Positions 55,354 through 64,000 of a stretch of 64,000 nucleotides of DNA are shown in pieces. The notes under the pieces were generated by a model. It was given only the letters and a program-made list of their open reading frames with translations. It made no database searches and was not told where the DNA came from. This DNA is from Hyaloraphidium curvatum SAG 235-1. Lineage: Eukaryota; Fungi; Monoblepharomycota. Position numbers and translations under genes: made by a program. Position 1 is the stretch's first letter, and each line of letters begins with the position of its first letter. The stretch spans positions 310,001-374,000 of the forward strand of contig JAIVFI010000023.1 in NCBI GenBank assembly GCA_025558095.1, in the 5' to 3' direction.

Positions 55354-56859
55354 ATGGAGGGGCCCCGAAGGTCGAAGCGGCTCGCCGGGCGCCGTCCCGC
55401 CGCGCTCCCGTCGACGTCGTTCAGGCAACTGCCGCCCGAGGTGCAGCTCGGCGTGCTGCGGCGGCTGGACCGTGCGGATCTCTGTGCCCTGCTGACGGTG
55501 TCCCGCGCGCTGTTCGACCTCGCCGCGCCGCTGCTCTGGAGGCGGATCTCGGGCTGCGAGCACTTTGCCGAGCGCGTGGCAAAGGCCGTGGTCGCCCTCC
55601 CGAAGGGCCGCTCGGACCGCGCAGACCCCGGCACAGCGGCGCCCGAGCTGGCCCGCGCTGCCCTCTACGCAGATAGCATTCGCTCCGTCGCATTCCTGTG
55701 GGACGCGAGCCCGAGCCCGCCGCGCCTCCCCGTGCGCCACCTGGCCGCCCTGCTCTCGCGCGCACCCAACGTCCGCTCCCTCGAGCTCGCGGCCGCCAAC
55801 GACGAGTTCGACTCGCGCGTGGCCGCAGCCGTGCGCTACGCCGCCGCAAACCTGACCTCGTTCACCCTGCTCAACGTCTCGTTCGCCGGCGGCGCCCCCG
55901 GCCTGCTCAAGCGCGTGCTCGGATCCATGCCCCACCTCGAGTCACTCACGATGAGCGGTTGCAGCCTGCACCGCGACTCGTTCCTGCTGGCAGCGGAGCT
56001 GGAAATGCCCCGCCTGCGGGAGCTCAAGCTGGTCGAGGTGTTCGACGCCTGCGTGGTGCTGCACCCCCTCCTGCGCAACCCGACCTTTGCCATCTCGCAG
56101 GACGGCCTCTCGGCCTTCCTCGACCGCCACGTTTGCAAGCTGGACGAGCTCGCCGTGGAAAACTGCCGCGAAAACGCCGGATGGTGGGGCCTCGGCCCCG
56201 CCGCCGTCGCCAGCCTCGCCGACCGGATCGCCGACCCCGCCTCCGCCCCGCGCATGCGCCGGCTCTCCCTCGATTTCGGCCGGATCGACACCCCCGACGA
56301 CATCGTCCGCCTCGCCGGCGCCCTGGGGACGGGGATCCGCGACCTGCACCTCGGCTTCCGCGACCGCACCTCCCCCGAAACCTTCACGGCCGTCTTCGAC
56401 CGCGTCGCCGAGTCCTGCACCGCCCTCGAGTCGCTTTTCTACCAGTGCTGGTCGTGCGACGGGATCCCCGCCGACGACGTGGTCCGCGCCATCGAAACCG
56501 GCTTCCCGAACCTCCTCGCCGTCTCGCTGTGTACGAACCCGCCGCTGCTGACCGCCGACCACATCCGGCGGCTGGCCCCGCGCGCGGACAAGGGGCTGCG
56601 GTACCTCGCGGTGTCGGGGTTCCCCGATTTCGGCGAGTCGGACGAGTTCAGGGGCCTGCAGGCGGATTTCGTCGAGAGGGGGAGCTTCCTGCGGTGCAGG
56701 ATCGTGGAGGACGTGAGGGTGCTGCTGGTGGACGTGATCGCGACGCTGGTGGCGGCGGTGAACGGGGGGCTGGACGACAGCGACGACGAGGACGGGGAGG
56801 GCGGGGCGGAGGACGGGGACGGCGGGCCGGAGGACGCGGCGGGCGGGGAGGCGATCTGA
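55354..56859 (+). CDS. F-box protein with LRR-like repeats
   Basis: F-box FRQLPPEVQLGVLRRLDRADLCALLTVSRALFDLAAPLLWRRI, followed by LxxLxL repeats (NVRSLEL, HLESLTM, RLRELKL, ALESLFY). Confidence 0.85.
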   Translation: MEGPRRSKRLAGRRPAALPSTSFRQLPPEVQLGVLRRLDRADLCALLTVSRALFDLAAPLLWRRISGCEHFAERVAKAVVALPKGRSDRADPGTAAPELARAALYADSIRSVAFLWDASPSPPRLPVRHLAALLSRAPNVRSLELAAANDEFDSRVAAAVRYAAANLTSFTLLNVSFAGGAPGLLKRVLGSMPHLESLTMSGCSLHRDSFLLAAELEMPRLRELKLVEVFDACVVLHPLLRNPTFAISQDGLSAFLDRHVCKLDELAVENCRENAGWWGLGPAAVASLADRIADPASAPRMRRLSLDFGRIDTPDDIVRLAGALGTGIRDLHLGFRDRTSPETFTAVFDRVAESCTALESLFYQCWSCDGIPADDVVRAIETGFPNLLAVSLCTNPPLLTADHIRRLAPRADKGLRYLAVSGFPDFGESDEFRGLQADFVERGSFLRCRIVEDVRVLLVDVIATLVAAVNGGLDDSDDEDGEGGAEDGDGGPEDAAGGEAI

Positions 56860-57085
56860 CGGGGTGTGGTGGGAGTGCATGGGGCTTTTGCGGTCTCTTT
56901 CGGCATTCTGTCTCGGCATTCCGTGATTCTCTTTCTGATTGTACATTTGGCGGACAAGGATACCTTTCTAAACTCTCTTCGTCACACGCGTTGCCAGGGC
57001 GGCGAGTACCTGAGTTGTGATCGGAAGGAGAGGACGAAACACAACCGTCTCCCACGCTCCCGCATTCCCCGTCCCAGTGTTCGAG

Positions 57086-58201
57086 ATGGCACCCGCGGCG
57101 CGCACGACACCGTACGAGAGCGATCCCGTGCTGCCGCTGCCGCCCCACGTCACGGTGCGCGAAATCGCCGTCGACGTCCCCGCCGGAACTGCCGGACCGG
57201 GACTGTCCCGCGCGGTGCGCATCGCCGTCACGGTCATCGAAAACGCGCGCGCAGACGCATCGGCCGCGGACTGCATCGTGCAACACGCGACGGGAGTGGG
57301 GAGGCACACCTACCTGCCCCTCGTTCACTTCTTGTTCGAACTACTGGGCCCGCGCCTGCGCACGGTGGTGCTCCACGACGCGCGGAACCATGGCGACTCG
57401 GCCGTGCTCAACACGGGCATCCTGCCGGCGGGAAAGGCGCTCGAGAAGGGCGGCTGGGATTGGCCTACGGACTCGGTGGCCGACGCCGGGGCAGTGGTCG
57501 ACGCGCTGGGGCTGCCGGCGGCGGGGAGGCCGTTCCTTGGAATCGGACACTCGTTCGGCGGTGCGCTGCTGGCCATGCTGGAGCTGGAGCGCAAATGTTT
57601 CACGCACCTGGTCCTGGTCGAACCAATCATCTTCGCGAGATATCCGCCGACAGGCGGGCCCACACCCCCGACCGACGGCGTGCCCGCGCAGTCCTCCCCT
57701 GCCTCGCAGGCCGCCGCCCCGGCGATTCCCAAGGGCATCCTCAACGCCGGCGCCCGCCGGGCCTCCTTCCCCTCGCCCGCGGCCGCGAGGCAAGCGTACC
57801 AATCCCGCCCCTTCTTCCGCACGTGGCACCCGGCCTGCTTCGACCTCTACATCGACCACGGGCTGCGCGAGACCTCGCCGGGCGGGGAATGGGAGCTCAA
57901 AACGGTGCCGGAACAGGAAGCCGCGACCTTCAAAGGCGGCGGGACGCGGCTGGTTCCCCTGTGGAAGCGGCTCCCCGAGATCGCGTGCAAGGTTTTGGTG
58001 CTCAGCGGGCGGGCGTCGCACCACGTCGGGATGAGGTTCGAGGGGCGGGACGACAAGGTCGTGACCAAGGACGAGGCGGTGGCTTCGTGGATCCCGGGTG
58101 CTCGGCACACGTGGTTCGAGGCGTCCCACATGGTGTGCCAGGACAGGCCGGTGTCGGTGGCGCGCGCTGCCGCGGGGTTCCTCGGGGGGGCCAAGATCTA
58201 G
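57086..58201 (+). CDS. Alpha/beta hydrolase (Lpx1-like), possibly peroxisomal
   Basis: HATG, DARNHGDS, nucleophile elbow GHSFGG, LVEP, a late His (ASHMV) and a PTS1-like C-terminal AKI. Confidence 0.85.
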   Translation: MAPAARTTPYESDPVLPLPPHVTVREIAVDVPAGTAGPGLSRAVRIAVTVIENARADASAADCIVQHATGVGRHTYLPLVHFLFELLGPRLRTVVLHDARNHGDSAVLNTGILPAGKALEKGGWDWPTDSVADAGAVVDALGLPAAGRPFLGIGHSFGGALLAMLELERKCFTHLVLVEPIIFARYPPTGGPTPPTDGVPAQSSPASQAAAPAIPKGILNAGARRASFPSPAAARQAYQSRPFFRTWHPACFDLYIDHGLRETSPGGEWELKTVPEQEAATFKGGGTRLVPLWKRLPEIACKVLVLSGRASHHVGMRFEGRDDKVVTKDEAVASWIPGARHTWFEASHMVCQDRPVSVARAAAGFLGGAKI

Positions 58202-58294
58202 AGCAAAGACATCAGCTAGAAGAAAGACGTTGTACATCGCGAAAGAGCGTGAACGAGTGAGGGGCAGTTCAAGAACAAGAAGCATTCAAATCAG

Positions 58295-58900
58295 TCAGTT
58301 TCCCCTTTCTGCCCTGGTGACGGCCCTGAGCGCGGCGGCTTTCCTGTCCAGAGCCGTGGCCAGCTTTTCTGTGTCCGAATCGCGTTTCCTCTTGGCCTCC
58401 GCGATTTCCCTTTCCGTTTCCTCGAGCTCCCTGGTTGCCGCATCGACATCCTGGTCGGCCGCTGCCAGCTCACGTCGCGCCGCGGCTAGGGCCGGTGAAC
58501 GGGCACTCCCCGGGCCTGCGCCTGCAGAAGATCACGACGAAGTCGCGCCGCCAGGGGGTCGAGCGTCCACAGGACGCGGCTGGGGTTGCATCGGAGGTTG
58601 CTGCCGAGAAAGTCCGGCACGGGACGGCGAGGCGCGGGCAACGACGGGCCGCGCGCCCGGCGGAGCAGCGACGGGTTCGATCTTGACGGCCCTCGGCGGC
58701 CCTTGCTGCGCGGATTCTGCTCGCCCGGCAATCGACACGGCGGCTCCCCCGCTTGCGCTCGATCCTCCGAGACGCGGGCTTGCCGGAGGAGACCCCTGGC
58801 TCACAACAGATCCGGGCGGCGGCGTCACGTCCCTTTCGTCGTCGTCGCCGTCGTGTGCAGGGTTTCGGGTAGCAGCACGCGGCTGCCGAGATGCAGAGCT
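58295..58900 (-). pseudogene. Probable decayed gene (low-complexity region plus coiled coil) with an in-frame TGA at 58532-58534
   Basis: The frame of ORF 58532..59254 continues past the stop into ALAAARRELAAADQDVDAATRELEETEREIAEAKRKR. No clear start. Confidence 0.35.
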
Positions 58901-59353
58901 GCTGCCGCCGCGCGTTGCGCGCCTCTTGGCCGGCGGACGGGCCCAGAATCTGCCGGGTAAACCTCGTCGTTCGCGGTCGCCGGCATCCGTGGGGGAGAGG
59001 GAGGTGAATCCGCACGCCGCGTGGACGAGACGATTTCTCGGGCTCAGCCGCCCGCACGGAAGCCGAAAGAGACACCGATTAGATCGTGGACGACAGGACG
59101 ACAGCCTCGTGCTGATCGGAACGTACCAGCACCGGATGAAGCGCTGCAGTGACAGGTGGCGGTTCAGCTTCCTCCGCATTTCCGTGCGATACAAGGCCAG
59201 GATCGAGACGAAGGACGAGGTGACCGGACAGCTGCTCGAGCCGATTCTGGCCAAGCCGATGCTTTGAAGGAAATTCCTCGGATGGCGCAGGGACGAGTCA
59301 ATTCAGCGGTGTGCAATTGAGCAACCTTCCCAAACTCTATCGAAGCAATTGGG

Positions 59354-60079
59354 CTACTTCTTCCTGAGCACCGTGAGGTCAAAGTTCGGCACCAGCCTGT
59401 CGACGGCGCGGCCCGGATCGGCGGCGACCTGCTCCAACGTGGGAATCAGCTCCCTGTAGCTCTCGAGGGCGAAGCCCGCTGCGGCGTATGCATCGAGGTA
59501 CGCCGTCAGGGGCCTGTGGTAGTTCCTGATTTTGATGCCCGACCATTCCAGCACTTGTTCGCGCTCCGCTGCGTAGTACTCTATGGTCCAGTACCTCTTG
59601 TCCCCTTCCCGCAGCCAACGCCGGTCCGAAGCTGATCGCATCGGCACGATGTTTGCCACGACGAGGCGGCCTCCGGGCACGAGCACCCTGGCGGCCTCAT
59701 TGATGGCGTCCCGGAAGTTGCGCACATCAATAAGGATCAAATAGAAGAGCACGGCATCGAAACACGCGTCCGCGAAGGGCAGGGACCCAGCAAGCGCGTC
59801 CAGCACTTGAACGTAGCCTCCGCTCTCGATCGCGCGCTCGCGGAGAGCCTTGGTCGGCTCGACACCCGTCACGAGAGCCCCGTCTGCCGCCAGGATCCTG
59901 CCGAACCTGCCCTCGCCGCATCCCACGTCGAGCACCTTCGTCCCGGGGCCCACGGGCAACGCGGCGCGCACGAAAGGGTCGATAAACACGCGGTTCGAGT
60001 CGACGGGTACGTTGGCGAGCCACGCGTCTGCGGATTCGGACCACAGACGCAGGTCGTCCGCGAGCTCCTCGGGCTCCAT
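59354..60079 (-). CDS. Class I SAM-dependent methyltransferase (type 11-like), intronless
   Basis: Motif I VLDVGCGEGR, then GVEPT, LPFADACFDAV, RVLVPGGRL and YHRPLTAY. Confidence 0.92.
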   Translation of the reverse strand: MEPEELADDLRLWSESADAWLANVPVDSNRVFIDPFVRAALPVGPGTKVLDVGCGEGRFGRILAADGALVTGVEPTKALRERAIESGGYVQVLDALAGSLPFADACFDAVLFYLILIDVRNFRDAINEAARVLVPGGRLVVANIVPMRSASDRRWLREGDKRYWTIEYYAAEREQVLEWSGIKIRNYHRPLTAYLDAYAAAGFALESYRELIPTLEQVAADPGRAVDRLVPNFDLTVLRKK

Positions 60080-60548
60080 GGGTTCGTTCAATCAGAACCC
60101 CGAGAGAACTAGAGGCCGGTTCGCCGGTGGGGCGGGAGGCGGTGATGACAGGGACGCGACCTCGGAGGCGACCAGATCATGGTGACCGATCTGTTGGAGT
60201 TGGAGGCTGCCACTCCTAACCATATACTTACCCTTAGTCGGGAGCCTGCGATGCCCTGATCGATGCATGGGGGACTCCTCGTTGGCCAAGTGGGGGGATG
60301 TCGGCGACAGGCCGCAAATCGCAACCGTTGCGCGCCCCGCCGCACCGTGTCCGCGTCGAAAACGAGTGGCGAGGCACTGCCTTGGCACGGACCCAGCAAG
60401 TCGGGCTCCGCCCCGGCCCTAGTATTGTCGGCGTCTGCGAAGGACAGACTGTGGCTTAGGAGGACCCAGACCCAGACCCGACCCATCGACCCGCCGCTTC
60501 GCCCCATCGCCATCAGGAAACTTTCTGCCCCTCCCCCCCCGCGATCCG

Positions 60549-62951
60549 ATGGCCCCCGCCCCCGCGGCCCGCGCGGCCCTCGCGGCGCTCATCGTAGCGG
60601 TGCTGCTCGCGCCCGCGGCGGCGCAGGACACGCCGTCGTCGCTCGGCTGCCCCGCCGTGTTCCCCCAGCCGACCAATGTGTCGTTCTCCCCCGCCCCGGT
60701 CCTCTCTTCCGCGACCTACGATCCCACATCGGAAAACCTAACGTTTGTCGTAACGTCGGGCGTGTATTGGGACGGCTCGACGACCGTTCTGCGGTGCGTC
60801 CCTCATTGGCCCCCGCCGGCCCGCCGGCCCGCCCGCTCACGCCGCCCCACAGCTCGATCACCCTGCAGCTCGGCACCGACCCTTCGGCACCGCCCGCGGA
60901 GTGCATCGTGGGCCCGACCACCGGCGATACCTTTGCCGGCGATGTCAACGGCTGCACCACGACCGTCACCCTGACCAACTCCTGGGCCGCCCTCCGCTTC
61001 TGCCAGGGCTGGTCGGCGACCCCCGAGACGGGCGGCCTCACCAACTACTCCAACACGATCACCGTGCGCTACGCCGACACCATCATCACCCCCAGCGTCA
61101 ACACGGTTCGCAACCAGGAGTACACGCAGCCGCTGCAAATGTCCTTCCCCACCACGCTCAACATCTCGGCCGGGGTCAACGTCACCGACGACACCGGCGT
61201 CAACACCTTTGTCGTGACGCAGCTCACCTACACGTACCAGTCGCCGACCAGCCGCCTGCTGCGGATGGACTACACCATCACGAACTCGTACCCCTTCCTC
61301 TACACCTACAACAACGTCACGGTCCCGGAAGGCAGCGGCCTTACGCTGGCCGGCGGGGTCACTCCCACGTACTCGCCCACGGGCTGCGAAGCCGGCACCG
61401 GGTACACCACCACCGGTCAGACGTGTAGGCAAGACGCCACCATCACCTGGACCATCCCCGACACGACGTGCTCGCTGGCCGGCCGCTACCGCATCGGTTT
61501 CAACACGGCATGCGCGCCTTCGAACCCCTGCGGCGCCAACTCCTACATCGTCGACGTGGACGTGGGCGAGTACACGATCTGCGGCAACGCCCTCGACCAG
61601 GCCATCACCGGCGTCACGGGCTCGCTCACCCCGGCCCAGACCGTCGTCGCGGCGGGCGGCGCCATCACCATGAACCTGCAGGTCAGCTCGCCCAACAAGA
61701 ACATGAACCGCGTGTCGATCTTCAACGCATGGATCGCATCGACGAAGCACGCGGCCGACCAACTCTGGGCCAACCGCAGCCTGCTCCAGGGCAGTGTACC
61801 TTCGACTCTCGGCACCGTTCTCAGCTTTGCGGCCACGCCCGATTTCGTCCAAACCGATGCGGTCGGCAGGGACACATACACGGCAGCCGTTTCCTTGAAC
61901 GCACTCACCAGCTCTTCGAACACGGACCCCAACGGCGGCCTCCTCAAACCGGCGGATCTCGGCACGGCCAACAACGAGTTTACCTTGCACCTGGAGAACC
62001 GCCTCTTCTTCGACACGCAGTCCTTCGGCCGCCGCCGCCGCCGGCGGCGGCTCCTCATGCTCGACGCCGAGCTCGAAATGCCCTTCGAAGCAGCGCGGGG
62101 CTTCCGCGACACGGTTGAAGTCACGGTTTACGCGCGCGAAGTCGCGGGCGCGAACCCGTTCGCGAAGGATGCGCGCGTTCTGTCCGAGAACCGCCTCCAG
62201 AAGCGCGGACCCATCACCATCCGCATCAACGCCGAAGTGCAGTCCGGTGGCGTGCAGGACATGCAGTCGGGATTCACGATCAACGCTTCCAACGCCGGGG
62301 GCAGCTCCGTGCCGGTGGGCGCGATCGTCGGCGCCGTCGTCGGGTGGGTGCCAGCCTGTTGCATGCGGGGGATGCGCTGACCCGTCCCATTTCCTCAGCT
62401 CCGTTGCTCTTGTCGGTGTTATCGCAGGCGTCACTGTCTGGGGCGTGCGCAGGAAGCGCACGAGGGACGCGGCTGCGACGGCCTCTGCCGATTCCGAGAA
62501 AGGGGCACCCGGGGAAAAGCAGCCCCCTGTGGAGCTCGCCAAGACCAAGACTTCCTCCTCCGACGGCGCATCCGAGAGCACGCTGACGCTCGTGTCGGCG
62601 GACGGGATCCCGGATGCCGTGCCCGTTGCCGCCGTCGCCGCTGCTGTTCCCGCGAAAGCGACCGACGCCGAAACGGCCCTTGCGATCGCGCAGATGGAGT
62701 CGGCGCTCAAATCGGAGAAGCGGCGCAAGAAGAAGAAGGACGACGCCGGCGACGTGATCGCCATGTACTCCAAGTCGCGAACAGTGGCCGCTCCCGCGGC
62801 TGGCGGTGCAGTTGCACCGGCCGTTTCCTCTCCCGAGGCGGCGCAGGCCGTCGCAGACCAGGAAGAGGAGCTCGAGGAGGTCGAGCAGTTGCAGGAATTC
62901 CTGGACATGTACCAGGCTGAACGGGAGGGCAAGCAGAAGCAACGGGTGTAG
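60549..62951 (+). CDS. Type I membrane glycoprotein: signal peptide, Thr/Cys-rich beta ectodomain, polybasic cleavage sites, TM, cytosolic tail (2 introns)
   Basis: MAPAPAARAALAALIVAVLLAPAAAQ signal; many NxS/T sequons; GRRRRRRRLL and LQKR; TM VGAIVGAVVG|SVALVGVIAGVTVWGV-RRKR. Confidence 0.78.
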
Positions 62952-63172
62952 ATGGGTAGATAGTGGCGCGCCGAAAGACTTGGACTCGGGAAATGGGGCA
63001 CATCTTTATGGCAAAGTTGGTGAATCAACATGCGTAAAGCTATGCGAGGCCACCGACCCCCCGGAACCAGTTGTCCGAGACGAGCGGTGGGGGAAGCGAG
63101 GCGTGACCCGTCATGCTTCCGGAGCCCTGCTGGTTGCGACATCAGTCAAAGGCTGACCGGACCTGCACAGCA

Positions 63173-64000
63173 TCAACAAACCTTCTTCCTCAAGTCTATG
63201 GAAAGATGTTCCAACCTCTTGCGCATGTGCGCCAGGCATGCGCGCAAATCCAGGTCCTCCGCCTGAATTTCCTGCTCCGAGTATCCCGCGCGTCCGTCCT
63301 TTATCTGCGACCTCTCGAGGGCCGCGATGCGATCCAGTAGCTTCTGCGTCGCCGCAAGCTTTTCCGCCAGCGCCGCCGCTGTTGGCATTGGCGGCACGTT
63401 GAATGCGGTTGCTTGGAACGGCCGCAGTGCCCCGGGTGGAAGAGCGTCGCGTCCCAAGCCCGACGCACGTGATGGTTCCGGCTTGCGCGAAGGTTCGCCC
63501 GAAACAAGGTCCATGAAAGTCAAGAGCAGGTCCCCGCCCGTGCTCCAATCCTTGATCGAGCCGTGCTGCTTGAGCTCTACGAGCAGACGCTTCAGCAGAT
63601 CGTGGTCTCCTGGAGGAATTAATCACATCAGTCAACGTCCCGGCCAAGACTCTTGAATCCTCACCGTTCAGAATCATGCCAGGTGCTACGACTCTAACGA
63701 TCAGGCGGTGCGCTTCCACGTACTGCTGAGCGTCAATCAGGCTAGCAATTTCTTGTCGGAGATTGCCCTGGTAGCGAGATTTTAGCGCCTAGAAAATGCG
63801 ACAAAGTTAGTTTCCGGTCCCTTCAGCAACGATCTGTCCAAAAGCACCTTGGCTTCATGAATCCAGGCGGCGGGAATGTGCAGCTTCGTTGTCAGGAACT
63901 GCCACGCATCGCTCGCTGCCGGCTTCACGGAATCCGGGCTGCCAAAGATGAGCGTCATGACGCTCTCGCTGGCGTCGTCGAGAGGAAAGTTGCGGCACAG
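63173..64000 (-). CDS. NUP145: 3' end of nucleoporin Nup98-96/Nup145 (Nup96 domain); partial, continues beyond the window
   Basis: Spliced translation FLTTKLHIPAAWIHEAK|ALKSRYQGNLRQEIASLIDAQQYVEAHRLIVRVVAPGMILN|GDHDLLKRLL...DWSTGG matches the Nup96 C-terminal pattern. Confidence 0.82.

Noticed and set aside
1-64000. tRNA, rRNA or telomeric repeats
   Set aside because: No cloverleaf with A/B boxes, rRNA signature or TTAGGG array was recognised by eye.

Overview
This is a GC-rich, gene-dense eukaryotic nuclear window with many short (about 50-60 nt) GT-AG introns and CTRAC/CTRAY branch points. Fungal marker genes (three-domain Trl1 tRNA ligase, Prm1, Nrg1-type zinc fingers, Yar1) indicate a fungus. 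An early-diverging, chytrid-grade lineage is my inference and is not proven. Housekeeping genes recognised: UNC-50/GMH1, RAD51, TRL1, PRM1, PER1, an ALE1-type MBOAT, PRP22, RPS22/uS8, a PCD1-type Nudix hydrolase, a YMC-type mitochondrial carrier, OXP1, MOCS1A/MOCS1B, YAR1, SND2, an F-box protein, an alpha/beta hydrolase, and the 3' end of NUP98-96. The most unusual elements are: (1) an IS630/Tc1-type transposase with a stretched DD57E triad, an in-frame TAG between its HTH and DDE domains and a ~470-aa unknown C-terminal extension, followed by a non-coding array of about 14 short motifs phased every ~20 bp; (2) an intron-containing gene with three enlarged treble-clef zinc-ribbon repeats, SIM-like motifs and a C-terminal PD-(D/E)XK nuclease-like domain; (3) a MoaA-MoaC locus in which two 5' splice donors flank the MoaA stop codon and share one acceptor, predicting either a bicistronic mRNA or an in-frame fusion; (4) two intronless, prokaryote-like genes (a P-type ATPase and a SAM methyltransferase); (5) type I membrane proteins with Frizzled-CRD-like and ZP-like architectures. 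All calls come from reading motifs by eye. No searches were run.
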